DNA of 64,000 nucleotides from Woeseiaceae bacterium (GTDB lineage: Bacteria > Pseudomonadota > Gammaproteobacteria > Steroidobacterales > Woeseiaceae). Positions within the stretch are counted from its first letter, which is position 1; each line of letters opens with the position of its first letter. The notes beneath the pieces were generated by a model that was given only the letters and a program-made list of their open reading frames with translations, was not told the DNA's origin and ran no database searches. Positions 28,351 through 38,307 of this stretch are shown piece by piece. The stretch is taken from NCBI GenBank assembly GCA_029246105.1, contig JAQWOA010000027.1:3056-67055 (forward strand), given 5' to 3'. The position numbers and the translations under genes are program-made.

Positions 28351-30009
28351 TTGGAAAAAATATGGCTAAAGTCTTACCCTTCTGGCATGCCAGAGGAAGT
28401 ATCTACTCCACAGTTTAAATCAGTGTTAGATATTTTTGACCAAGCATTCGAGAAATATCCGGCAAATGCTGCATATACCAATATGGGTACAACTCTCAGT
28501 TATACTGAACTTGATCATTTGTCCATGCAGTTTGCTAGCTACTTACAAAACACGCTCGGACTCACGCGTGGTGAGCGCGTCGCTATAATGTTACCGAATA
28601 TTCTTCAATATCCAGTGGTCATGTGCGGCATTTTTCGTGCAGGTCTCGTCGTCGTGAATGTAAACCCTTTATACACAGCGAGAGAACTCGAACACCAGCT
28701 AAAAGACTCCGGCACCAAGTGTGTGATCATTCTAGAAAATTTCGCACACACCCTAGCCAGGGTGATTACAAAGACTGATGTCTCACATGTCGTAACAACC
28801 GGTGTCGGAGACTTACTTAACTGGCCAAAAAGCGTACTGATTAACTTCGTTTTGCGATATATAAAGCGATCTGTGCCCTCCTATAAGTTCGAGCGCAGCG
28901 TTACTTTTCGACAAGCACTTAAATTGGGAGATGGAGTAGCGCTCAATATGGTAGATATTGGATATGCTGATATTGCGTATCTTCAGTACACCGGTGGCAC
29001 AACCGGCGTGTCGAAGGGCGCAATGCTGAGCCATCGTAATATGATCTACAACGTTCAACAAACTGTTACCTGGCAAGCAGATGCATACAAAGGTGTAGAG
29101 CCTGTTGTCGCCATTACCGCACTACCGCTTTATCACATATTTGCCCTAGAAGGGAACTGTCTGACTGTTATGGCACAAGGCGGTGAGAACGTTCTAATAA
29201 CTAATCCAAGAGATTTTGAGGGTTTTGCAAAAGAAATCGCCAAGTTCGATTTCAACTTATTCACTGGAGTTAATACGATGTTTGCCGCCCTCATGGATAC
29301 GCCAAGCTTTTCAGATATTAATTTTAGTCATCTTCGCGTATGCATCGGTGGCGGCATGGCCGTACAATCAACAATTGCAAAAGAATGGAAGCAAAAAACC
29401 GGCACGCCAATCCTACAAGCCTATGGCTTAACTGAAACATCTCCCGCTGCTGTGATCTCTCCTATGGAGAGTGAATTTACTGGCACAATTGGGCTACCTA
29501 TACCATCCACTGAGATCATGATTGCTGATGATGATGGGAATCCTCTACCAACTGGTGATGCTGGAGAAATATGTATCCGTGGCCCGCAAGTCATGGAAGG
29601 CTACTGGCAACGACCTATAGAAACAGCGGAAGCTATATCTCCTGATGGATGGTTTCGCAGTGGTGATATTGGGTACTTCGATGGAAATGGCTATATCTAC
29701 ATTGAGGATCGAAAGAAAGACATGATTCTAGTATCTGGTTTCAACGTCTACCCCAACGAAATTGAAAATGTAGTCGTCGAACTCGACGGTGTACTGGAAG
29801 CTGCAGCAATTGGATTACCCGATGAGCGCTCGGGTGAGATCGTCAAACTTTTCGTGGTACGTAAGAGTGAAAGCATCAGCGAGCAAGATATCATTGATCA
29901 CTGCAAAGCTAACCTTACAGGTTACAAGCGCCCACGAATCGTTGAGTTTCGCAATGACCTGCCAAAAACAAATGTTGGCAAAATTTTAAGAAGAGAATTA
30001 CGTGACTAA
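28351..30009 (+). CDS. fadD: long-chain fatty acid-CoA ligase
   Basis: YTGGTTGVSKGA is the AMP-binding motif. AYGLTETS and GWFRSGDIGY are also present. The TTG start has an AAGGAGG Shine-Dalgarno 5 nt upstream. Confidence 0.85.
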   Translation: MEKIWLKSYPSGMPEEVSTPQFKSVLDIFDQAFEKYPANAAYTNMGTTLSYTELDHLSMQFASYLQNTLGLTRGERVAIMLPNILQYPVVMCGIFRAGLVVVNVNPLYTARELEHQLKDSGTKCVIILENFAHTLARVITKTDVSHVVTTGVGDLLNWPKSVLINFVLRYIKRSVPSYKFERSVTFRQALKLGDGVALNMVDIGYADIAYLQYTGGTTGVSKGAMLSHRNMIYNVQQTVTWQADAYKGVEPVVAITALPLYHIFALEGNCLTVMAQGGENVLITNPRDFEGFAKEIAKFDFNLFTGVNTMFAALMDTPSFSDINFSHLRVCIGGGMAVQSTIAKEWKQKTGTPILQAYGLTETSPAAVISPMESEFTGTIGLPIPSTEIMIADDDGNPLPTGDAGEICIRGPQVMEGYWQRPIETAEAISPDGWFRSGDIGYFDGNGYIYIEDRKKDMILVSGFNVYPNEIENVVVELDGVLEAAAIGLPDERSGEIVKLFVVRKSESISEQDIIDHCKANLTGYKRPRIVEFRNDLPKTNVGKILRRELRD

Positions 30010-30373
30010 TCAGAAAATGTTATCAGTTATTCCGCTATTGCTTTTAGCTGCAGTCGTTACTGCTGCCGTTCCTGAGCCACTAGATCCTATCAATGTTGCA
30101 CCTCATATCCATAAGCTTAAATTTGAGAATGATCGTATTCGGGTTATAGAGCAAATTCTCCGTCGTGGCGAAACTCAACCACTACATACGCACCCTGATC
30201 GCTTGTTGGTCTTCCTGCAAACCTGCGCCTGGATGGAGAACGATAGTGATGGCAGTAAACGCATGCAGGAATTTAAGTATGGTGAAGTTGTATGGGCTGC
30301 TGCCGAAACTCATGGCGGGAGCAATCCAGAGGTTGTCCAACAATGCAGAATCCTAGAAATTGAAATGCGTTGA
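30002..30373 (+). CDS. small secreted cupin-fold protein
   Basis: A signal peptide is followed by cupin motif 1 (G-x5-H-x-H) in GETQPLHTHPD. The GTG start overlaps the end of fadD. ATG at 30017 is the alternative. Confidence 0.5.
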   Translation: MTNQKMLSVIPLLLLAAVVTAAVPEPLDPINVAPHIHKLKFENDRIRVIEQILRRGETQPLHTHPDRLLVFLQTCAWMENDSDGSKRMQEFKYGEVVWAAAETHGGSNPEVVQQCRILEIEMR

Positions 30374-30380
30374 ATTCGAT

Positions 30381-31445
30381 TTATAAATGAAAAGTCGGGC
30401 TAAGCTCGTAAACCGCATCAACAAGTATGCCCAGATGATCGGGGTCAACGTTTGGCGTAATTCCGTGGCCAAGATTGAATATGTGGCCAGGGCCATCGCC
30501 ATAACTAGCTAAGGTATCGGCAACGCCCTGGCGAATCTTCTCAGGGCTTTCTAGGAGCGTCTCCGGGTTCAGATTCCCTTGCAAGGCAACCTTGTCGCCG
30601 ACGTAACGTCGGGCAGTCGCAAGATCAGTTGTCCAATCAACGCCAAGCGCATCACAACCTGTTTCAGCCAAATCTGCCAGCAACAAGCCTGCACCTTTGG
30701 TAAATAAGATAATTGGAATTTTTCGACCTTCCTTCTCCCGTGTTAGGCCATCAATGATTTTTTGCATGCTAGCCATTGAAAATCGGCGAAAGTCGTCTCC
30801 ATCGAGCACCGCACCCCACGTATCAAATATCTGCACTGCTTGAGCACCAGCATCGATCTGGCCATTTAGATATTCAATCGTTGTTTCAGCAATTATATTC
30901 ATCAAATGATCAAGAATGTCGGGTGCCTCTTTCGCAAGCGCCTTAATAGTGGAAAATTTTCGACTTGAATGGCCCTCAACCATATACGTACCAACGGTAA
31001 AAGGACTTCCGGCGAATCCTATTAACGGCACATCACCATTGAGCTCGCGACGAATCACACGAACTGCATCGAAAACATACCCCAAATCTTTTTCAATATT
31101 TGGAACATTGAGGCTCTTTATAGCATCAGCTGTTTGAACGGGGCGCTTAAATTTCGGTCCCTCTCCAGGCACAAAATAAAGACCCAAGCCCATTGCATCC
31201 GGCACTGTCAAAATATCAGAAAATAGTATGGCTGCGTCCAGCTTGAAACGCCTAAGTGGCTGCATTGTAACTTCACAAGCAAGCTCAGGATTCTTACAAA
31301 GATTTAAAAAATCACCAGCTTTTGCACGTACCTCACGATACTCAGGCAAATAACGGCCCGCCTGGCGCATTATCCAAACAGGAGTTCGGGATACAGGCTG
31401 GCGCATCAGAGCACGCAGCAATAAATCATTCTTAAGTTTTGTCAT
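30381..31445 (-). CDS. hemE: uroporphyrinogen decarboxylase
   Basis: [15 protein letters not shown] and ILFSDIL are present, and the length is about 354 aa. Confidence 0.95.
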   Translation of the reverse strand: MTKLKNDLLLRALMRQPVSRTPVWIMRQAGRYLPEYREVRAKAGDFLNLCKNPELACEVTMQPLRRFKLDAAILFSDILTVPDAMGLGLYFVPGEGPKFKRPVQTADAIKSLNVPNIEKDLGYVFDAVRVIRRELNGDVPLIGFAGSPFTVGTYMVEGHSSRKFSTIKALAKEAPDILDHLMNIIAETTIEYLNGQIDAGAQAVQIFDTWGAVLDGDDFRRFSMASMQKIIDGLTREKEGRKIPIILFTKGAGLLLADLAETGCDALGVDWTTDLATARRYVGDKVALQGNLNPETLLESPEKIRQGVADTLASYGDGPGHIFNLGHGITPNVDPDHLGILVDAVYELSPTFHL

Positions 31446-32182
31446 TAACTGCTCATCTGAGATTCTATGGATACTTGCAACGCTTCAGCAGCTGCGCGTG
31501 GACTTGCCGCATCTCGAATTGGTCGACCAACCACGATGTAATCAGCTCCGTTAGAAAATGCCGTTTCTACAGTAACCACTCTTTTCTGGTCGCCCATGGG
31601 TTTATTATCAATGGGACGAATGCCAGGCGAAATCACCAGCAATTTATTATTCACATACTCACGCAACTTAGGCACTTCAAGTCCTGACGAAATAACACCG
31701 TCGCATCCAACATCAAGGGCTTGACGAGCCCGTGATAAAACTAAAGATTCAATATCACAGTCGAAACCAAGATCGTCTAAATCTCCACGATCCAGGCTAG
31801 TTAAGACGGTAACACCGAGTACTTTAAGTGTATCACCCTTATTTTCTGCAGCTGCCTCCATCATCGAACGATTTCCATGCACCGTTACAAATGATGCACC
31901 GCGATTCTTCAACTGACACACTGCTGAACCAACGGTAGCCGGAATATCGAAAAATTTAAGATCGCAGAAAATCTTTTTATCCCGCGCGATCATCCAGTCG
32001 AGCAACTCAAAATATTCGCCACTCATCATTAATTCCAGCCCGATCTTATAAAAGATTACAGAATCGCCAAGCTCATTCATTAATGATTTAGCCGAGTCGC
32101 AATCTGCGACATCCATGGCAAAAATCAGTCGGTCCTTATTGGAAATGGATTTATGCTTCAATGGCGTTCTCCATGAGATCAT
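31445..32182 (-). CDS. pyrF: orotidine 5'-phosphate decarboxylase
   Basis: LIFAMDV, FYKIG and [12 protein letters not shown] carry the catalytic Lys. It overlaps hemE by 1 nt. Confidence 0.9.
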   Translation of the reverse strand: MISWRTPLKHKSISNKDRLIFAMDVADCDSAKSLMNELGDSVIFYKIGLELMMSGEYFELLDWMIARDKKIFCDLKFFDIPATVGSAVCQLKNRGASFVTVHGNRSMMEAAAENKGDTLKVLGVTVLTSLDRGDLDDLGFDCDIESLVLSRARQALDVGCDGVISSGLEVPKLREYVNNKLLVISPGIRPIDNKPMGDQKRVVTVETAFSNGADYIVVGRPIRDAASPRAAAEALQVSIESQMSS

Positions 32183-32193
32183 GGCGGATTCTA

Positions 32194-33321
32194 TCAGGCC
32201 ATTAGGGCTTCATGTGCTGCAATCGCATAACGATCCGTCATTCCAGCAATAAAATCTGCGACAACACGCGCTCTGACAGCTCCCTCTACATTCCTTGCAG
32301 CACTCGCAAATTGTGCTGGCATTTTTGTCTCGTCAGACATATAGGCAGTAAATAACCCATCAATCATATCTTGAACTTTGGATGTCATCTCCAGCTTCTG
32401 CTCATGACTATAGAGGTGTTTACGCAGAAAGCGTTTTAGTGACACATGCTGTTCATACATTAAATCCGACATCGAGATTAAAGGATACGTCGCATTCCTT
32501 ACGTCCTCGATCGAGGAAGGTGCAGCTGCATCGATACGTCGACACGATTCCTCTATCAAATCACCGACCATCGCACCGATCATGCTACGAATGATCTCGT
32601 AAATCAGCCTGCGATCCTCGAGTTCCGGGTAGCGCTCGTGAACTATATCAAAATGTGTTGAAAATAATGACTGAGTTCGAAGCTGAGGAATACTTAAAAG
32701 CCCAGCACGAAAACCATCATCAACGTCATGATTGTTATATGCAATAGCATCAGCAATATTCGCAATCTGTGCTTCTAGACTCGGTTGCTTATTATTAAGA
32801 AAGCGCTCACCAACATCTCCAAGTTCACGAGCATTTCTAACTGAACAATGCTTCAAGATACCCTCACGGGTCTCGAACATAAGGTTCAGGCCAACAAAAT
32901 CAGCGTACTTGGCTTCTAATACATCGACAACGCGCAGTGATTGTAAATTATGTTCAAAACCACCGAAATCATGCATACACACATTCAGCGTATCCTGACC
33001 AGCATGCCCAAATGGCGTATGACCTATATCATGCGCGAGACAGATTGCCTCAGTTAACGCTTCATTAAGCTGCAATGCAGCGGCTACAGTCCGACCTACT
33101 TGAGAGACCTCCAGTGAGTGAGTAAGACGAGTTCTATATAGATCACCTTCATGATTAATAAAGACCTGAGTCTTGTAAACAAGACGCCGAAACCCTGTGG
33201 AATGAATAATTCTGTCTCGGTCTCGTTGGTATTCCCCACGATACTTCGAGCTAGGCTCATCATGCTTTCTACCACGGCTATGCGACTCAAATGCGGCATA
33301 TGGTACGAGTGCCGCAAACAT
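32194..33321 (-). CDS. dgt: dGTP triphosphohydrolase-like HD-domain protein (short Dgt family)
   Basis: HSLEVSQVGR and AHDIGHTPFGH are HD-domain motifs. The C-terminus carries DFIAGMTDRYA. Confidence 0.85.
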   Translation of the reverse strand: MFAALVPYAAFESHSRGRKHDEPSSKYRGEYQRDRDRIIHSTGFRRLVYKTQVFINHEGDLYRTRLTHSLEVSQVGRTVAAALQLNEALTEAICLAHDIGHTPFGHAGQDTLNVCMHDFGGFEHNLQSLRVVDVLEAKYADFVGLNLMFETREGILKHCSVRNARELGDVGERFLNNKQPSLEAQIANIADAIAYNNHDVDDGFRAGLLSIPQLRTQSLFSTHFDIVHERYPELEDRRLIYEIIRSMIGAMVGDLIEESCRRIDAAAPSSIEDVRNATYPLISMSDLMYEQHVSLKRFLRKHLYSHEQKLEMTSKVQDMIDGLFTAYMSDETKMPAQFASAARNVEGAVRARVVADFIAGMTDRYAIAAHEALMA

Positions 33322-34391
33322 TAACTATCAGTACCGAGAATGCCATATAAAAGACTTTCATCAAAAGACGATGTCACATGAGAGTTTCCTAGCGCTTTAA
33401 GTAGCACAAAACGCAAACGTTTCTGCTGAACTTTTTTATCCATACCTATGGCACTGAGCCAGTCCTCAAATTCTATTTTAGGTACATCAACTGGTAACCC
33501 AGCGGCTGCAATCAGCTTCTGAAGTCGAGCTAGATCAGCAGAATCAATGTCGCTGAGCCTTGCAGCCATAAGCATACCCACAGCAACCGCCTCACCATGC
33601 AGCCACTCGCCATACCCAAGACAGCGTTCTATTGCATGACCGAATGTATGGCCAAAATTCAAGATTGCTCGTCGGTCGGCTTCTCGCTCGTCTTCGGCAA
33701 CTACTGATGCTTTAATTTCACACGATATCCTTATTGCATAAGCCAATGCTGCAGAATCTTTATCAAGCAAGAGTTGCATATTCTCTTCAAGCCAAACGAA
33801 ATAGGCCATGTCATATATAACGGCATGCTTAATCACCTCAGCAAGCCCAGCCCTAAATTCGCGATCAGGAAGAGTGCTCAGTGTGTCAGTATCAATCATC
33901 ACAACCTTAGGTTGATGAAACGCCCCTATAAGATTTTTTCCTTCTGGATGGTTTACTCCAGTCTTACCGCCGACTGACGCATCAACTTGCGAAAGAAGCG
34001 TTGTTGGAACTTGTATAAATGAAACGCCACGCATATAACACGCAGCAGCAAATCCAGTGATGTCCCCAATGACACCACCGCCTAAGGCAATGACCGTTGT
34101 GTCACGATTAGCGCCTGAAGCAACCAATTTATCTAGGATTTTCTGCATAGTAGCGACAGATTTATGAGATTCGCCATCCAGCAATTCAATTGTTTCAATT
34201 TTCTTGCCCATAAGATTGGGCAACAAGTGCTCAATATGCAGCGGCGCTATGGTCACATTACTTACAACCAAGCAATCAGAACCAGAAATAAAGTCCGTTA
34301 GATCGAAGCCCCCATCTAGAAGCTTATTGCCAATTATGATTGGGTAACTACGTTCGCCGAGATCAACGATAATTTCATGATAGAGTTTCAT
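33321..34391 (-). CDS. aroB: 3-dehydroquinate synthase
   Basis: ALGGGVIGD, VPTTLLSQVDASVGGKTGVN and GHTFGHA motifs are present. Confidence 0.95.
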   Translation of the reverse strand: MKLYHEIIVDLGERSYPIIIGNKLLDGGFDLTDFISGSDCLVVSNVTIAPLHIEHLLPNLMGKKIETIELLDGESHKSVATMQKILDKLVASGANRDTTVIALGGGVIGDITGFAAACYMRGVSFIQVPTTLLSQVDASVGGKTGVNHPEGKNLIGAFHQPKVVMIDTDTLSTLPDREFRAGLAEVIKHAVIYDMAYFVWLEENMQLLLDKDSAALAYAIRISCEIKASVVAEDEREADRRAILNFGHTFGHAIERCLGYGEWLHGEAVAVGMLMAARLSDIDSADLARLQKLIAAAGLPVDVPKIEFEDWLSAIGMDKKVQQKRLRFVLLKALGNSHVTSSFDESLLYGILGTDS

Positions 34392-34400
34392 CTGTATAGA

Positions 34401-34913
34401 TTACATGACCTGCTCAATGATCTCACTGGCAACAGACTTAACCACCCTGCCATCAGTCTCAACGATAACATCAGCGATTTCTCGATATAGCGGATCGCGC
34501 AAAAACAATAACTGCTCAAGTGTCGTCTTTGGGTCAACGTTCTCAAGTAGTGGGCGTTCACGCCCCTTTAGAGTACGTGTGACTTGTTGATCGACTGTCG
34601 TGTAGAGATACACGACAAAACCTCTTGCGCCCAAGCGGCTGCGGCTCTCGGGATTCAGAATCGCTCCACCACCGGTCGCAAGAACAACATTATCCATTTT
34701 ACTCAGGTCGTCGATTACGACAGCTTCACGCTTACGAAATCCCGCTTCTCCTTCCTTCTCAAAAATAAATGGGATATCAACGCCCGTGCGTAACTCGATC
34801 TCATCATCACTATCGACGAACAACAAAGACAAGGATCGTGCAAGATAACGCCCAACCACTGACTTGCCGGCCCCCATTGGACCGATGAGAAAAATATTTT
34901 TTGGGTTCTTCAT
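34401..34913 (-). CDS. aroK: shikimate kinase
   Basis: NIFLIGPMGAGKS is the P-loop. LATGGGA is also present. I chose the start at MKNPKNIF. Confidence 0.9.
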   Translation of the reverse strand: MKNPKNIFLIGPMGAGKSVVGRYLARSLSLLFVDSDDEIELRTGVDIPFIFEKEGEAGFRKREAVVIDDLSKMDNVVLATGGGAILNPESRSRLGARGFVVYLYTTVDQQVTRTLKGRERPLLENVDPKTTLEQLLFLRDPLYREIADVIVETDGRVVKSVASEIIEQVM

Positions 34914-35049
34914 AAACGATAGTGTTGCATAAAAAATCAAACCTAAGGCTGGCCCTTCAAATCAATGATGGTTTGACAGCGCCATAACCTCTAACTAATG
35001 TGGGATATACCCTCAATAATAGGGTATTTAGCTTCAAACGTTTGTAACT

Positions 35050-37656
35050 ATGCATAATCCAATAAATAAAAGAACTAAACTGCCTCAAATAAAACAACCT
35101 AGAATCGCAAGATCACTAGTTCTAATGTTTGCACTCGGCACAATTGGCACTTTGGCTACCACTGCCGGAATAATCGGTGCGTATTACTATGTGCAGCCCA
35201 GCCTACAGTCCGCGGAGACAATTCGCGATATTCGTCTAGAAGTACCGTTACGCATTTTTAGCCGAGATGGGCATCTGATTAGTGAAATTGGAGAGCGGCG
35301 GCGCATCCCTATTACCTATGAAGAAATCCCGGCACATGTCGTGCAAGCCTTTATTGCGGCGGAAGATCGGCGCTTCTTTGAGCACTCAGGCATCGATTAC
35401 CGTGGCGTTCTCCGGGCGATCTTGCGTATGGTACAAACCGGCAACGCCTCTGGTGGTGGTGGAAGTACGCTAACTCAACAACTCGCGCGTGATTACTTCC
35501 TTACGCGCGAACAAACAATGAGCCGAAAACTCAAAGAGGCATTTCTCGCCTTCAAAATTGAACAGGAATTTACCAAAGAGCAGATCATGGCGCTGTTCCT
35601 AAATAAAATGTTTTTTGGTCAACGTGCGCACGGCGTCGCCGCAGCATCCAAAGTTTTCTTTAATAAAAATCTAGAAGATATCAACGTTGCTGAAGCAGCT
35701 ACGCTAGCCGGGATATTGCCTGCGCCATCACGTTATAACCCAGTTTCAAGCGCAAAAAATGCCAAAGTACGCAGAGGTTACGTTCTCAATCGAATGCGCA
35801 TGCTCGGCTTTATTGATGATGCGGTATATCAGGAGTCCATGGACTTTCCGTTAGAGTCTCAATTGCACGGTGCTGCTATAGAGCTTAATGCTCCATTCGT
35901 AGCCGAAATGGTTCGCAGAGAAATGTTAAAACGTTACGGTGAAGATACCTATACAGCTGGCTATCAAGTAATTACATCACTAGATTCACGTATGCAGCAA
36001 GCAGCTGACTATTCATTACGTAACGGACTGCTCGAATTCACTCGTAGACGTGGATATCGAGGACCGCTCTCTCAAATTGAACTTAGCAAAGACATATTAT
36101 CCCTTTCGCCCGATATGTGGCCAGTCGAGATATTCGAATCACTTAATCGCTATGCGCCGGGTGGATTATCGTTAGCCCTAGTAAGCGAGATTTCTGAGAA
36201 CAATAATACGACGATAGTTTTTCGCGATGCTAGCCAAGCAACTCTGCCGTGGTCCGGTATTCGTTGGGCAAATGCTTTTATCGATCGTGAAAATTACGGT
36301 CCAACTCCAAAGGCTGCTGCCGAGGTTTTAAATGTCGGCGATATTATTTACGTAATGCCGACTACTAATAACAGCTGGGCCCTTGCGCAAGTACCTGATG
36401 CACAAGCAGCACTTGTGTCAATAGATCCATATGATGGTGGCATCGCTGCACTAACAGGTGGATTCGATTACACCACTAGTAAATTCAACCGGGCAAGGCA
36501 AGCATATCGTCAGCCTGGTTCAGCCTTTAAACCATTTATTTATTCTGCAGCACTTGAGCGCGGTAATACGGCAGCAACGGTTGTTCTGGATGCTCCAGTG
36601 GTGATCAGTTCATCCGAGCTTGAAGCGATATGGCGGCCCATTAACTATAGTGGACGCTTTTATGGACCAACCAGAATACGTGAGGCCTTAGTTAGATCTA
36701 TGAATCTGGTATCCGTCCGCTTACTGTTATTTGAGACTGGCATTGGAAATGCGGTAAAACATATCGCGAAATTTGGCTTCGGTAACGCAACACTCATCAG
36801 AAACGGATCGCTTGCGTTAGGTGGTGGCGACGCTTCTGTGCTGGATATGGCACAAGGTTACGCAACGCTTGCCAATGGCGGTCATGCAGTGAAACCCTAC
36901 ATCATAGATTCAATATTTGGTCCTAATGGCGAACCATTATATCGAGTAGATCCCGCTGTCGTTTGCGATGAATGTTTGGCAAAAGAGCCTAGTCATCCGA
37001 TCATTGCCCAAGACTCAGCCGAAGAAGAAGCTCTTAATCGAGAGTTGATGTTAGAAGAAATAGCAGGCGTTATCGATTCATATCGGCCAACAGCATCTGA
37101 CGCTCCAGAATTATTTGAACATATTAATGCCGCTCCTCAAGTTATTACTCCACAAAACGCTTATTTAGTGCAAGACATGATGCGTGATGTAATTCAGCGT
37201 GGTACTGGCGTGCGTGCGCGAAGAGAGTTAGGGCGTTCAGATCTATCTGGAAAAACAGGTACATCAAATGACAGACGAGATGCTTGGTTTGGAGGCTTCA
37301 ATGCCGACCTCGCTGCCGTTGTCTGGGTTGGCTACGATGATTCGCAACCTTTAGGCCCTCGCGAAGAAGGCTCTCGTACTGCACTACCCATTTGGATTGA
37401 GTTTGCACGCATAGCGTTAAAAGATGCTCCAGAACACCAGATGTCTATGCCAGAGGGAATCGTATCTGTTCGAATTAATAGAAAAACTGGTTGCCCTGCT
37501 CGAGCTGGCCAATCCAATGTTGTTTTTGAAGTATTTCGTGAAGATCATGTCCCAGACTGTGAACAATTTGAAGAGATCACAGACCCATTCAATAATGCCG
37601 CTGGAATCGATACCAATTCAGAAAAAGGAAATAGTAATAATGATCGGCTTTTCTAG
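35050..37656 (+). CDS. mrcA: penicillin-binding protein 1A (bifunctional transglycosylase/transpeptidase)
   Basis: Glycosyltransferase motifs are EDRRFFEHSGID and RKLKEA. Transpeptidase motifs are SAFKPF (SxxK), SMN (SxN) and KTGTSND (KTG). Confidence 0.95.
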   Translation: MHNPINKRTKLPQIKQPRIARSLVLMFALGTIGTLATTAGIIGAYYYVQPSLQSAETIRDIRLEVPLRIFSRDGHLISEIGERRRIPITYEEIPAHVVQAFIAAEDRRFFEHSGIDYRGVLRAILRMVQTGNASGGGGSTLTQQLARDYFLTREQTMSRKLKEAFLAFKIEQEFTKEQIMALFLNKMFFGQRAHGVAAASKVFFNKNLEDINVAEAATLAGILPAPSRYNPVSSAKNAKVRRGYVLNRMRMLGFIDDAVYQESMDFPLESQLHGAAIELNAPFVAEMVRREMLKRYGEDTYTAGYQVITSLDSRMQQAADYSLRNGLLEFTRRRGYRGPLSQIELSKDILSLSPDMWPVEIFESLNRYAPGGLSLALVSEISENNNTTIVFRDASQATLPWSGIRWANAFIDRENYGPTPKAAAEVLNVGDIIYVMPTTNNSWALAQVPDAQAALVSIDPYDGGIAALTGGFDYTTSKFNRARQAYRQPGSAFKPFIYSAALERGNTAATVVLDAPVVISSSELEAIWRPINYSGRFYGPTRIREALVRSMNLVSVRLLLFETGIGNAVKHIAKFGFGNATLIRNGSLALGGGDASVLDMAQGYATLANGGHAVKPYIIDSIFGPNGEPLYRVDPAVVCDECLAKEPSHPIIAQDSAEEEALNRELMLEEIAGVIDSYRPTASDAPELFEHINAAPQVITPQNAYLVQDMMRDVIQRGTGVRARRELGRSDLSGKTGTSNDRRDAWFGGFNADLAAVVWVGYDDSQPLGPREEGSRTALPIWIEFARIALKDAPEHQMSMPEGIVSVRINRKTGCPARAGQSNVVFEVFREDHVPDCEQFEEITDPFNNAAGIDTNSEKGNSNNDRLF

Positions 37657-37673
37657 ATGGCAATTCAAAATTT

Positions 37674-38285
37674 ATGAGGAAAGGATTGGATAGTAGTTCA
37701 AAACGAACACGGCAAATTATCGCGCAAGAAGCCGCTCGTATCATTGTTGGCCATGGTATCCGTGACTATTATCACGCAAAACAAAAGGCTGCCGATCGAC
37801 TTGGTATTAATGCATTTGGTTCACTACCTGGCAACAAAGAGATTGAAAAAGCAATCGCAAGACAATTGCGGATATTCGGCGGAGAATCTCATGAGCAGCT
37901 ACTAAGACTAATGCGCAATGCAGCACTTTCAGCGATGACGGTGCTAAAAAATTATTCACCACGCCTCGTTGGGCCCGTGCTTGCCGGAACGGCAGATGAA
38001 AACTCGACTATCAATTTACATGTCTTCGCCGACAGTCCCGAAATAATCGCTTTGGAAATTAGCGATATGGGCATTAAATTCAAATCATATGAACGCCGAC
38101 TAAAAACTCGACATGGACAAGTCGTTAGCTACGCAGGATTCGAATTCAGTCAATGCAATGAAATAGTACAAGCGACCACTTTTCCATTAATTGGTATACG
38201 CCAAGCACCACTTTCACCCATCAATGGCAAGCCAATGAAACGGGCAGACAAGAATGCTGTACAGGAATTACTCAATTACTTATAA
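37674..38285 (+). CDS. hypothetical protein with a degenerate nucleotidyltransferase-like core
   Basis: The ORF starts 17 nt after mrcA. The segment LVGPVLAGTADENSTINLHVF lines up with the minimal-NTase motif hG[GS]x9-13DhDh. T and N stand where the two Asp would be. Confidence 0.5.
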   Translation: MRKGLDSSSKRTRQIIAQEAARIIVGHGIRDYYHAKQKAADRLGINAFGSLPGNKEIEKAIARQLRIFGGESHEQLLRLMRNAALSAMTVLKNYSPRLVGPVLAGTADENSTINLHVFADSPEIIALEISDMGIKFKSYERRLKTRHGQVVSYAGFEFSQCNEIVQATTFPLIGIRQAPLSPINGKPMKRADKNAVQELLNYL

Positions 38286-38307
38286 ATAAAACGCTAAAAT
38301 TTAGTAA

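Noticed and set aside
32194-33321. The dGTPase homolog as a possible anti-phage nucleotide-depletion defence gene.
   Set aside because: It is embedded, with overlaps, in a housekeeping operon (aroK-aroB-dgt-pyrF-hemE). It matches the short chromosomal Dgt-like family. No defence-island neighbours are present.
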